Assembly: GCA_965207815.1 (NCBI GenBank)
Contig: OZ242314.1
Span: 591,234 to 655,233 of the forward strand
Direction of reading: 5' to 3'
DNA from: Tepidiformaceae bacterium
Lineage (GTDB): Bacteria > Chloroflexota > Dehalococcoidia > Tepidiformales > Tepidiformaceae
Length of the DNA stretch: 64,000 bases
The position numbers and the translations under genes are program-made. Under the pieces are notes generated by a model. The model was not told where the DNA came from. It saw only the letters and a program-made list of their open reading frames with translations, and ran no database searches. Position 1 is the first letter of the stretch. The number at the start of each line of letters is the position of its first letter. Shown one piece after another: positions 34,370 through 44,014 of this stretch.

Positions 34370-36817
34370 TTGCCGCTGTTGAAGCCGGTCGCAGCGTCCG
34401 TGAGAGCGGGAGCGCGGTGGCCTTTGGAGTCCTGTCGGGGTGACGAGTTGGATCGGATAGACGAGCTCACGCGAGAGGTAGCGGACCTGCGCGAGCGCCT
34501 CGCACGCCTGAGCGAGGCTGGCCTCCGCATCAACGAGAGCCTCGACTTCGATACGGTGTTGCAAGAAGTCGTTGATGGCGCCCGAGCGCTGACGGCTTCG
34601 CGCTACGGGGCGATCACCATCTCGGGCGAGACCGGGCAGACGCCCCACTTCATCGTCTCCGGCCTCACTAGGGAGGCGTACCAGGGGCTGTGGGACACAC
34701 TGGACGGGCTGGGATTCTTCGAGTACCTCAGCGGGCTCGAGGAGCCCCTGCGGGTTTCCGACATTGACAGCCACTTGAAGGCGCTGGGTATGCCCGGGTT
34801 CCTGCCCTCGGCGCCCGCGACCTCCATGCTGGTGGCGCCGATCCGCCACCAGGGAGCGGGTGTTGGGACTATCTACCTGTCCCGTGGCGCGAACGGGTCG
34901 GAGTTCACTATGGAGGACGAGGAGACACTGGTGATGTTCGCCTCCCAGGCGGCGATGGTCATCGCCAACGCCCGCAAACACCGGGAGGAGCGGCGGACCA
35001 GGGCTGACCTCGAGACGCTCATCGACACCTCCCCGGTGGGCGTGACGGTCTTCGACGCCGTGACCGGCGCTCCCAAGTCCCTCAACCCCGAGGCCCGCAG
35101 GATCGTCGACAGCTTGCGCGATCCAGGTCAGAGCCCGGAGGACCTGCTGGACGTGGTGACCTTCCGGCGCTCCGATGGGCAGGAGATCTCGCTGCGGGAA
35201 TACTCCATGGCCGAGCTCCTGAGCACGGGCGAAACGGTGCGGGCCGAGGAGATCGTCCTGCGCGTCCCCGACGGGCGGAGCGTTACGGTGCTGCTCAACG
35301 CGACACCCATTCGTTCAGAGCAGGGCGTGGTCGAGTCGGTCGTCGTTACCCTGCAGGACATGGCGGCAGTGGAGGAACTGGAGCGTCTACGGGCCGAGTT
35401 CCTGGCGATGGTCAGCCATGAGCTGCGGGCTCCCCTGAGCTCCATCAAGGGCTCCGCCACCACCGTACTGGGCTCCACCGCGGACGCCGACCCCGCGGTG
35501 ATCCGCCAGTTCTTCCGCATCATTGAGGACCAGGCAGATCACATGAATGCGCTGGTGTCCGACCTGCTGGACGTCGCCCGCATCGAGACGGGCACGCTGG
35601 CGGTCAATCCTGAACCGGCGGAAGCAGCCGTGCTGATTGACAGGGCGAGAAACGCCTTCACGAACGGGAACCGTCTGGAGATTGACGTCGAGCCGGATCT
35701 CCCCCTGGTCATGGCGGACCGGCGGCGCATCGTCCAGGTGCTGGGCAACCTGCTGTCCAACGCAGCCCAGCACTCCCCGGAGTCGTCCGTCGTCAGGTTG
35801 ACCGCGGAGCGGCAGGGCGTTCACGTGGCGGTCTCGGTGGTCGATGAGGGGCGTGGCATCCCGGCGGAGAGCTTGCCCCTCCTGTTCCGTAAGTTCTCCA
35901 GGACGCACTTCGAGGAGCAGGAAGGGGATACGGGCCTAGGTCTGGCCATCTGCAAGGGGATCGTGGAGGCGCATGGGGGGCGCATCTGGGCCGAGAGCGA
36001 CGGAGCCGGTGTGGGAGCGCGCTTCACCTTCACTCTTCCCTCGGTAGAAGGAACGGGGACCGGCGCTTCGAGCGCACTTCCGCCCGTCCCGCGCCCGTCC
36101 GCTTCGCGCCGTGGGCAGACGGAGGTGGACGAACGGGTGCGCGTCCTTGCCGTTGAAGACGACCCCAACGACCTTTGGTACGTGCGCGACGCGCTCGTCC
36201 AATCAGGCTATGCGCCCGTCGTGACCGGGGACCCGCGGGAGGCGCTCAGGCTGGTGGAAGAGAAGAGGCCCGACCTAGTGCTGCTGGACCTGATGTTGCC
36301 CGGAACGAACGGCATCGACCTGATGAGGGAGATGCTCGACACGGCGGACATGCCGGTTATCTTCCTGTCCGCCTACGGTGGGGACGAGTTCGTCGCCCGC
36401 GCCTTGGAGATGGGCGCCGTCGACTACGTGGTCAAGCCCTTCTCGCCGACAGAGCTCTCCGCCAGGATCAAGGCGGCCCTCCGCCAACGGGATGTGTCCG
36501 AACCCTTGGAACCGTACGTTCTGGGCGACCTGACCGTCGACTACGCCGGGCGCAGCGTGACGCTCGCCGGCCATCCAGTCCGACTGACTTCAACGGAGTA
36601 CCGACTGCTCGCCGAGCTCTCGGCCAACGCCGGGCGGGTGGTGACCCACCAACATCTGCTGGACCGAGTCTGGGGAGGGCGGGGCGACCGCGACTTGCGG
36701 CCCATGCGCACCATCGTGCGCAAGCTCCGCCGCAAACTGGGCGAGGATGCCGACAACCCCACGTATATCTTCACCGAGGCGCGCGCTGGCTTCCGGATGC
36801 CCAGAGGAGAAGCTTAG
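34370..36817 (+). CDS. Fused sensor histidine kinase and OmpR-family response regulator (GAF-PAS-HisKA-HATPase_c-REC-wHTH)
   Basis: H-box MVSHELRAPLSSI, N box LGNLLSNAAQHSP, G boxes DEGRGIP and GLGLAICKGIVEAHGG, REC RVLAVEDDP...DLVLLDLMLPG...KPF, and wHTH LTSTEYRLLAEL...RTIVRKLRRKLGED...ARAGFRM. The start (TTG 34370) is uncertain. Confidence 0.9.
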   Translation: MPLLKPVAASVRAGARWPLESCRGDELDRIDELTREVADLRERLARLSEAGLRINESLDFDTVLQEVVDGARALTASRYGAITISGETGQTPHFIVSGLTREAYQGLWDTLDGLGFFEYLSGLEEPLRVSDIDSHLKALGMPGFLPSAPATSMLVAPIRHQGAGVGTIYLSRGANGSEFTMEDEETLVMFASQAAMVIANARKHREERRTRADLETLIDTSPVGVTVFDAVTGAPKSLNPEARRIVDSLRDPGQSPEDLLDVVTFRRSDGQEISLREYSMAELLSTGETVRAEEIVLRVPDGRSVTVLLNATPIRSEQGVVESVVVTLQDMAAVEELERLRAEFLAMVSHELRAPLSSIKGSATTVLGSTADADPAVIRQFFRIIEDQADHMNALVSDLLDVARIETGTLAVNPEPAEAAVLIDRARNAFTNGNRLEIDVEPDLPLVMADRRRIVQVLGNLLSNAAQHSPESSVVRLTAERQGVHVAVSVVDEGRGIPAESLPLLFRKFSRTHFEEQEGDTGLGLAICKGIVEAHGGRIWAESDGAGVGARFTFTLPSVEGTGTGASSALPPVPRPSASRRGQTEVDERVRVLAVEDDPNDLWYVRDALVQSGYAPVVTGDPREALRLVEEKRPDLVLLDLMLPGTNGIDLMREMLDTADMPVIFLSAYGGDEFVARALEMGAVDYVVKPFSPTELSARIKAALRQRDVSEPLEPYVLGDLTVDYAGRSVTLAGHPVRLTSTEYRLLAELSANAGRVVTHQHLLDRVWGGRGDRDLRPMRTIVRKLRRKLGEDADNPTYIFTEARAGFRMPRGEA

Positions 36818-36840
36818 GTTAGTCGTGAAAGGAGTCCCAG

Positions 36841-37233
36841 ATGGCCGACAGCACTGAAACGCGAGCATGGCCTCCGGGCCTCTGGGATCGAGCTAAGCGG
36901 CGCGACTACGGCGACCTAGACTCGTATCTCCAATCCACCCCCCTTGAAGACGCCCTGCTCGACATCGAGACGTCGCTCGATGAAGCGATAGTGGATGGCG
37001 ACGTCGACTCGGAACGGCTCCGTCGCTTGCTCGGTCTCTCCGCGTACCACGCTTGCAGCGCTCATGGCATGGAACAGCAGCGCCATTTGCAGTCCTTTGA
37101 CATCGACCCGTTCCAGATGCTGATCGCTTGGGCGCTTGGATACGGCATGAATGAGGCCGCCGCCATCCTTAGGAGGATGATGACCAAAGCTCGTCGCGAG
37201 TCCCGGGACGACGATCCCCCTCAGATCTTCTGA
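36841..37233 (+). CDS. Hypothetical protein (130 aa)
   Basis: ORF 24 nt downstream of the kinase fusion gene, with an AGGAG-like sequence upstream. I recognised no motif. Confidence 0.5.
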   Translation: MADSTETRAWPPGLWDRAKRRDYGDLDSYLQSTPLEDALLDIETSLDEAIVDGDVDSERLRRLLGLSAYHACSAHGMEQQRHLQSFDIDPFQMLIAWALGYGMNEAAAILRRMMTKARRESRDDDPPQIF

Positions 37234-37368
37234 TGGCCTGTCCCGCCCGGGACCCTGTCACCTTCTGTACTAGATGCTCGCCTCGCACATCGGGCCGGGA
37301 CGCTGTGGTCTTGTACAGGCCGGGAGGAGGCGTAGTCACGGGGCTTTATCAACAGGCGTTGCCTCCCC

Positions 37369-39006
37369 TTAGCCGCTGGTACCCCTGACGCGAAGTTCAC
37401 CGTCGCCTAGGACGGCCCAGGCCGATGGGTCGAGCACCCCCCGCTCCTCGAGCGCAGCCCTGTGGGAAACCCGGAGCGGCACCTCGATCCCCGTCCGCTC
37501 CATCTCCCCCTGCGCCACACGCCGGAAGTGGACCTGGGCGAGTTCGTCGTCGAACACCACCAGGACCGCGGGCCAGGCCCCGTGGTCTTCGAGGGGGCGT
37601 TCGGAGGAGTAATAACGCAGGTAGGGGGCGAGGCGGGCGGCCATCGTGACCGGCCGCACTGCGCGGCGCTCCCACTCCAGGAAAAAGGGCCAGGTGCGCT
37701 CGCCCCGGCGCAGGATCCCGAAGGCGTCGGGTTGGACGGAGTGAAGCGCCTCGCCGTGCCGGAAGTACCTTGACGCACGCTGGGGCGGATCGAGCTGGAC
37801 CACCTCCCAGCCACGTTCGCGCGCCTGCCGCGCCAGCGCAGCGACGAAGCTATGGACGGCCTCCGTGTGCTCCAGGTTCCGGAGGAGTTGCCGGCTGCGC
37901 GAACCGGAAACACAGCGCCAATCGAGCGACTCACGTGGCTCAATCGGTGTGGCGCTCCAGCGCTTGCGTACGGCTCCCACAGAAGCGCGGTCGCGACGAG
38001 CGATGAGGGCCAGTCCACGATTCGTGACGGCGAGCCGGCGGCGTCCGGCGATGACAGTGCGAGTAGCGAGGTCAAACTCCTCCAGTCGGAGCAGGAGTTG
38101 CGATGCCCTCTGCGGGGAGACGCCGAGCAACCCCGCCAGATCCCCCAGGGTGATCCAGGGCCAGTCGAAGACGAGGTCGAGGGCGCGCTTCTCGGCTGGT
38201 CTGAGCAGCGACGGCAGGAGTTGCTCCTCGGAATTAGCACCCCTGGGGAGGAGTGCCCGACCTTGCCTCGGCTCCGATGGCACCACCCCTTGCCGGGAGA
38301 CGACCGATAGCGCGTCGCTCAGCCCCAACGCGCCTGCGAGCGAGGGCAGACGCCAGATGGGGCGATCCGCGCCGGACGCGGCTACGTGCCGCTCCAACGC
38401 GAGAAAGGCGGGAATCGGCGCATCACGAAGCAGCCTGCGCGCATGGCGCAGCCGTACTTCGTCGGGAACGATCATGAGAGTCGCTCCGGGTAGGGGTCCT
38501 TCATACAGCCTCCGGAGCCGCTTGGAGAAGCCGGTGCGGTCCGAGGCCAACCCCTGCCGGATGATGCCAAGGCTGCGACCTTCGGGAAGCACGAGGGCCG
38601 TGTCCAGGGGAGAGGCCCGGAACCAGCGGAAGCGGAGGGGATGCGCGATGGAGGAGACGGTGGCAGCGAGGCGGTAGATGACAGCAAGGGCGTCGAGGCG
38701 CCCGAGAAGGAGGCGGCGCCAGTGGGCGGAGACGGGGCGCGCCCCCAGCAGCTCATCCACCTCGAGGTCCAGTTCGAGAGCCAGCCGCCGCACGCCCGCG
38801 GCGGTGAGGTGGAAGCGCCGCGTGGGCGGGATGAGGTCGGTCGCGTGGGGAAGGGAGGCAGCAAGCCCCTCTTCCTTGAGGCGGGCGGTCGCCGTGTAGA
38901 CCGCCCCTTGTGACCAGCCGCTGAGGGCGACGAGGTCGAGCCGGTCACAGAACGGCGTGGCCGCCAGCTGGCGCAGCAACGCGTGCTCGCAGGTGTCGGG
39001 CTTCAC
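37369..39006 (-). CDS. Replication-relaxation (Replic_Relax) family protein, tandem duplicated module
   Basis: There are two similar halves, each with a wHTH-like segment (LLRQLAATPFCDRLDLVALSGWS.. and ALDLVFDWPWITLGDLAGLLGVS..). The second half carries RNLEHTEAVHSFV...SVQPDAFG...FLEWERR, typical of Replic_Relax. The start was set to GTG 39006, which follows GGAGGAGGAG. The 260-aa upstream ORF extension was discarded. Confidence 0.7.
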   Translation of the reverse strand: MKPDTCEHALLRQLAATPFCDRLDLVALSGWSQGAVYTATARLKEEGLAASLPHATDLIPPTRRFHLTAAGVRRLALELDLEVDELLGARPVSAHWRRLLLGRLDALAVIYRLAATVSSIAHPLRFRWFRASPLDTALVLPEGRSLGIIRQGLASDRTGFSKRLRRLYEGPLPGATLMIVPDEVRLRHARRLLRDAPIPAFLALERHVAASGADRPIWRLPSLAGALGLSDALSVVSRQGVVPSEPRQGRALLPRGANSEEQLLPSLLRPAEKRALDLVFDWPWITLGDLAGLLGVSPQRASQLLLRLEEFDLATRTVIAGRRRLAVTNRGLALIARRDRASVGAVRKRWSATPIEPRESLDWRCVSGSRSRQLLRNLEHTEAVHSFVAALARQARERGWEVVQLDPPQRASRYFRHGEALHSVQPDAFGILRRGERTWPFFLEWERRAVRPVTMAARLAPYLRYYSSERPLEDHGAWPAVLVVFDDELAQVHFRRVAQGEMERTGIEVPLRVSHRAALEERGVLDPSAWAVLGDGELRVRGTSG

Positions 39007-39369
39007 CGTGCCGCTCCTCCTCCCCCTGTTGGGGTGATCGAGTCTGCGGCCACTGACCCGCTCCGAGTAACGCCCCGCGAGGGGGTACAGGTATGCACCC
39101 GGGATGCATGCGTGCACCCCCTTCCAGGACGTGCCCACGGGAGGCGAGATGTGGTGTGCTGAAACCCGCCCGTGCACGAACCGGGACAGCTCGTGAGGGC
39201 CCCGGACGTGTACAGGGAAGAGAGGTGAGTTGCAATTTTGCACCGCCCCTCGTGAGCCCATGGAACCGCGCGTTTCCGGGGGAACTGCGGCGACATCAGG
39301 GAACAGGGACTCGAAAGGGCGGGTTGTGCCTGACGAGGGCGCAATCGGCGCCTGGAAGGACAAGTTTGC

Positions 39370-40350
39370 ATGCGGAGGATGTCCCGGGGGAGTACGCCTG
39401 CACAGCGGAAGGCCCCGTCGGCTGCTGCCGGTGGCGGAAGCCCGCAGAGGAGCGAGAGCGAGCGGGACCAGCAAGAGAAAGAGCTGGTCGCACTCCTGCA
39501 TGACATGGTGAAGGAGCGGGGGCGTGTGGAAACGGCGGAGGCGCTGGGCATTGACACCAGGACGCTGGCCACCAGCCTGAAGCAGACGAGGCTCTCCCGG
39601 CGGGTGCGCAAGGCCCTGGAGCTGGAGCTCGCCACCAACTCCGGTCAGGAGGAGGCAGTAGCTCGGATGGAGGAGCGAGTGGCGCTCCTCGAAGGGGAGT
39701 TGGCTGGTCTCAAGACGGCCATGGTGGCCGGGTTCCAGGCCCTGCGCGATGCACAGCGGCAGAGGGTGGCGCAGCCACAGCGACAACTCCCACGGTCGGT
39801 GTCAGTCCATGGAGGCGAGTCTCAGGTGGAAGCGGCCGACCCCGACCACGAGCCCGTGGTGGGAGGGCTGCCGTCGCAAGGGCAACGCCGACAGAGAAAC
39901 GAGTCGACGGAGTCGAAGGCACCGCCGGCACCGGCGAAGAAGCCTCGGCGGCAGTACCCCGACCTCGTCACCAGCGAGGCCCAGCCCGATGACGAGCAGG
40001 TCTACGGCACCGCCTGGCCGCTCGTCGACGAGTGGCGGCGTCTCTGGGGCGAGCACAAGCGTCCGGGGAAGGGGCTGGCGTGGCTGAAGCGTGAGGTACG
40101 CATCCTCGAACTGGAGGTGGCGATGCTGCAGGAGCACGAACTGACGCTCCCGCCGGCGACATACCCCCAGCGGGGCCTGGAACTGCACAGCCACCTCGGC
40201 TGGCGCCTGCGGGCGCTGGCCAACAGGCGGCGGTCCCGGGCGTGGGCCACGGTACGGCTCTGGGTTCGACGCGGCATCGTGTTCGGGCTGCTGCTGGCCG
40301 CGGCCTCCTCCATGGCGCTGATCTCAGCGTCACAGGGTTCCCCAAGCTGA
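39370..40350 (+). CDS. Hypothetical coiled-coil protein with a C-terminal TM helix
   Basis: ORF divergent from the Replic_Relax gene. It has an HTH-like segment VETAEALGIDTRTLATSLKQ, heptad-rich stretches and a C-terminal IVFGLLLAAASSMALI. The start is uncertain. Confidence 0.5.
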   Translation: MRRMSRGSTPAQRKAPSAAAGGGSPQRSESERDQQEKELVALLHDMVKERGRVETAEALGIDTRTLATSLKQTRLSRRVRKALELELATNSGQEEAVARMEERVALLEGELAGLKTAMVAGFQALRDAQRQRVAQPQRQLPRSVSVHGGESQVEAADPDHEPVVGGLPSQGQRRQRNESTESKAPPAPAKKPRRQYPDLVTSEAQPDDEQVYGTAWPLVDEWRRLWGEHKRPGKGLAWLKREVRILELEVAMLQEHELTLPPATYPQRGLELHSHLGWRLRALANRRRSRAWATVRLWVRRGIVFGLLLAAASSMALISASQGSPS

Positions 40351-40933
40351 AGTACCTGGGCAGACGAGGGTTGGACGTACGGACCTGGGTTAGCCCTGCT
40401 CCTGCCCGGCGACTCGGCAGTGTGGGACGTCATGGGCGTGCACAGAGAAAAGAGGGGGATTGCAGAAAGGCAATCGAGGCGAGAACCCCAGTCGGTACAA
40501 GGGGAAACGCCCCCTATCGGACGTAGACAGTAAGCGATTCGGTTCCGGGGCCCATTCCACGCGAAATCGGCAAATTGCCTAGCCGAAATTGACTTTGGTA
40601 ACCGGGACAACGGCGATGTGCGGAAGCCGATTGCGAGGGGACGATGCCAAGTCGTGACCCCTAGTGACGTCAGCTATGACGAGGGTGCTGCCGTCGCAGG
40701 CAAAGGTGGCGGCTTGGGCCACGCCTCGTAGAGTTGCTAGGGTGGCAAAGGCGAACCAGTACACTATGTTCGTAGTTGGTTGGCATCCTACGGTTGCCGT
40801 CACCAGCGGGGACGGAGAATTACCCCACCCTTGGCTGCCATCGTGAGACTCCCAGGAGCCGCCCGCCCCGCGCAATACCAGCTGGAGCGTCGGCTTCCCT
40901 CCGGCCAGGGACAGTTCGTTTGTAGGTTCGCTG

Positions 40934-42166
40934 ATGCCCAGTGTGACGATACATAACCCTGACAGATACATGGCTGACTTGCGACAGATACTCTCGCAAG
41001 GTCGTAAGCGCCTTGGCCTGTTGGTAGGCGCAGGGGCACCGACTGCAATCCGCGTCGATGCCGATGGCAGCATTGTCGAACATGGCGGGAGTCCCTTGAT
41101 TCCCAATATCACGGACCTGACAGGGGCCGTTGTCGATGCGCTCACGGAAGGTGACCGCGGTGTAGTCAAAGTGCTGGAAGAGGAAATCGAAGGGCGGATC
41201 AACATCGAAACAATCTTGACCCAAGTGCGGCTCTTGTCCCAAGCGATTGGGAACTCCGAAATTCACGGCTTGAACTCAGCGGCATACCACTCCCTGGGGC
41301 AGCGCATGTGCGCTGCAGTTGGCGAACGCGTCCGCGTCAATCTACCCGTAGATCCCAATCCTTTCTCGGAAGTTATTTCTTGGATTTCTGGTGCAACTAG
41401 AACACACTCTGTGGAGATATTCACTCCGAACTACGACCTACTCTTTGAAGAAGCATTTGAAAGAGCGCGAGCACCTTTCTTTGATGGATTTAGCGGGTCG
41501 CACAGACCGTTCTTTGATGCTGCAAGTGTCTCCACCGATACTCTTCCTCCTCGTTGGTCCAGGCTGTGGAAGCTCCACGGCTCTCTTGGTTGGGAATTTT
41601 CGGGGAGCACAGTGGTGAGAACTGGGAGTAGGGAAGCGACTGAACTGATCTATCCCGATCACCTGAAGTATGACCAAGTGACCCGGCTTCCTTACTCCGC
41701 ACTCTTCGAGCGCCTACGCTCTTTCCTGACTACGCCAGATACTCTTCTCCTGTGTTCCGGGTTTTCTTTCCTAGATGCTCACATCTGCGCAGTGCTAGAC
41801 GAGGCAATGGCCGCGAATAGTCATACGGCAATCCTTGCCTTTCAGTATCGCAAACTCAAGGAAGAGGAAGCGGCTGTCAGCATCGCGAGTTCCCGACCCA
41901 ATATGAGCGTGTATGCGCGGGACGGTGCGGTCATAAGCGGAGTTGCGGGGCGTTGGGAACCAGGCCAAGGCCTGAACGAGGATTGGGAGGAGATCCGGCA
42001 GACATTTTGGCGGGCTGCATCTACGGACGATGATGCGGAGTTCCTACTTGGTGACTTTGCCAAGTTCGCTAAATTCCTAGCGTTGGCTCAGACACAGCGG
42101 CTGGCATCGCCTCCAGCGGACAGCGGTGGCGACTCGGCTGAAGTCATGCCAGTTGGTGCGGAGTAG
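40934..42166 (+). CDS. SIR2-like (SIR2_2) NADase-type protein of a SIR2-HerA defence pair
   Basis: LLVGAGAPTAI, FTPNYDLLFEEAF and WKLHGSLGW motifs. GC content is markedly lower than in the flanks. Confidence 0.85.
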   Translation: MPSVTIHNPDRYMADLRQILSQGRKRLGLLVGAGAPTAIRVDADGSIVEHGGSPLIPNITDLTGAVVDALTEGDRGVVKVLEEEIEGRINIETILTQVRLLSQAIGNSEIHGLNSAAYHSLGQRMCAAVGERVRVNLPVDPNPFSEVISWISGATRTHSVEIFTPNYDLLFEEAFERARAPFFDGFSGSHRPFFDAASVSTDTLPPRWSRLWKLHGSLGWEFSGSTVVRTGSREATELIYPDHLKYDQVTRLPYSALFERLRSFLTTPDTLLLCSGFSFLDAHICAVLDEAMAANSHTAILAFQYRKLKEEEAAVSIASSRPNMSVYARDGAVISGVAGRWEPGQGLNEDWEEIRQTFWRAASTDDDAEFLLGDFAKFAKFLALAQTQRLASPPADSGGDSAEVMPVGAE

Positions 42167-44003
42167 CCAATTGCTCAGTCGTGACCCCACATATCTCGGA
42201 GAGATTGCAGCAGTTTCTGGTGCTGCGATCACTGTCCATCTTGCCCAGTCGATCGCGTCTGGGCTGTCGATGATCCGCGGCAGGACTTATAGGGTGGGGC
42301 AGGTTGGTAGCTTCGTCAGGGTGCCACAGGGATACCAAGACTTCTTCGGGGTGGTGTCGGAAGTTGGAGCGAGTGCCGTGCCCGAGCGTGTGGACGCCGT
42401 AGACGACACTGGCCGTTGGATGAAGGTCGAGCTTGTTGGCGAGGTAATCGCCGGACGATTTGAGCGTGGCGTTAGTCAGTATCCAAATATCGGGGACTCA
42501 GTTCACTTGGCCATCGAGGACAATCTTCGGAGGATCTATGACGTCGATGGTCGTGGTTATGTCGCTATTGGCTCGCTTGCGAGCGCCGAGGGAATAACGG
42601 CAAACGTCGCACTCGATGAATTGGTGACGCGTCACTCCGCAGTGCTGGGATCTACCGGTTCCGGAAAGTCTACGACTGTAGCCAGCCTCTTGAGGGCCGT
42701 GACAGCTGCCAACGCCGAGGGCGAACGATACCAGAGTGCCCGAGTGCTGATGCTGGACGTACATGGGGAGTACGCGGTGCCCCTCTCCGATATGGCCCAG
42801 GTTTTCAGTGTCGAACCCCAGCACGGCGAGGAACGCTTAGTTATCCCCTACTGGGCTCTGGATACGGAGAATCTCCTGGAATTCTTGGCCGGTGGCTTGG
42901 AGGGAAATCGAGAGACCGCATTTACGGACAAGATATTCGAACTAAAAGCGAAATCGCACGAATCCCAATCGTTCCCAGGTGTCCACTCAAGCTCCATTAC
43001 CGTGGACACGCCCTTGCCGTTCAGTCTCAAGCGGCTGTGGCATGAGCTCATCGACTTTGAAATTGCCACCTTCGAGGGGAAGGAGCGGGATCAGTCGACT
43101 CTGCAGAGTCAGGGGGATCCAGAAACACTAACGCCACCGCGCTACAAACCTCACGCGATGGGTGCGGCCGGGCCCTTCCTCAACCAACAGGCTTTCGGGA
43201 TACAGCGCCCGCTCAACCTTCTGCGTTCGCGGCTGCTGGATCGGCGCTATGACTTCCTGCTGCGGCCGGGACCTTGGGAACCCGACCTTGAGGGCCGACC
43301 TGAAAGGGATCTTGACGCCCTCCTACAAGGTTGGCTGGGTGGCAAAAGGCCCATCACCATCCTCGACCTCTCGGGGGTACCAAGTAGCGTCCTTGAACGG
43401 CTGGTCGGTTCGATACTCAAGATTGTCTACGAAGCACTGTTCTGGAGCCGCGAGAAGACGGAGGGCGGCGTTCAACGGCCGCTATTGATTGTCATGGAAG
43501 AGGCTCACAGGTATCTCTCTGACACATCGGGGGGCGAGGCTTCCGAAGTTGTTGAGAGAATTGTGAAGGAAGGGAGAAAGTACGGTGTAGGTGCCATGGT
43601 AGTGAGCCAGCGTCCATCCGAGGTACACGAGACTATACTGTCCCAGTGCGGCACGTTTTTTGCTCTGCGTCTTTCAAACCCAGCGGATCGTGCGCGCGTT
43701 CAAGGGACGTTGCCAGATAGCCTGGTCGGGCTCCTCGAAGTCCTTCCGATTCTCCGCACGGGAGAAGCAATCGTGACCGGAGAAGCGGCCAAGCTTCCCA
43801 TGCGCTGCCGTGTTTCGCTCCCTCCCAAGGAACACCGGCCTCGCAGCGAAGATCCGCAGGTGAGCGCGCAGTGGCGATTGATGAGACGGGACGAGGGCTA
43901 CCAGCGGGTCGTGGCGTCATGGCGTGCACAGAGCCCACTGGCGGTCGAAAAGCAGTTGGACATCGAGAGGACACCAGTCGAAGATGACTCCGACTGGGAG
44001 TAA
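42126..44003 (+). CDS. HerA-like (DUF87/FtsK-HerA superfamily) ATPase
   Basis: Walker A LGSTGSGKSTTVASLL, Walker B LLIVMEEAHRYL and an N-terminal barrel-like IGEIAAVSGAAITVHL. The start is uncertain: ATG 42126 or GTG 42156, both overlapping the SIR2 3' end. Confidence 0.85.
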   Translation: MATRLKSCQLVRSSQLLSRDPTYLGEIAAVSGAAITVHLAQSIASGLSMIRGRTYRVGQVGSFVRVPQGYQDFFGVVSEVGASAVPERVDAVDDTGRWMKVELVGEVIAGRFERGVSQYPNIGDSVHLAIEDNLRRIYDVDGRGYVAIGSLASAEGITANVALDELVTRHSAVLGSTGSGKSTTVASLLRAVTAANAEGERYQSARVLMLDVHGEYAVPLSDMAQVFSVEPQHGEERLVIPYWALDTENLLEFLAGGLEGNRETAFTDKIFELKAKSHESQSFPGVHSSSITVDTPLPFSLKRLWHELIDFEIATFEGKERDQSTLQSQGDPETLTPPRYKPHAMGAAGPFLNQQAFGIQRPLNLLRSRLLDRRYDFLLRPGPWEPDLEGRPERDLDALLQGWLGGKRPITILDLSGVPSSVLERLVGSILKIVYEALFWSREKTEGGVQRPLLIVMEEAHRYLSDTSGGEASEVVERIVKEGRKYGVGAMVVSQRPSEVHETILSQCGTFFALRLSNPADRARVQGTLPDSLVGLLEVLPILRTGEAIVTGEAAKLPMRCRVSLPPKEHRPRSEDPQVSAQWRLMRRDEGYQRVVASWRAQSPLAVEKQLDIERTPVEDDSDWE

Positions 44004-44014
44004 GGACGGGACCG

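Noticed and set aside
39007-39786. A 260-aa upstream extension of the Replic_Relax ORF.
   Set aside because: The extension has non-protein-like composition. The GTG at 39006 has a perfect GGAGGAGGAG site, and homology-like sequence begins only after it.
40579-41266. Reverse-strand ORFs of 208 aa and 148 aa overlapping the leader and the start of the SIR2 gene.
   Set aside because: They have no motifs or RBS and they overlap the well-supported SIR2 ORF. They are kept in mind only as part of the unexplained 584-bp leader.
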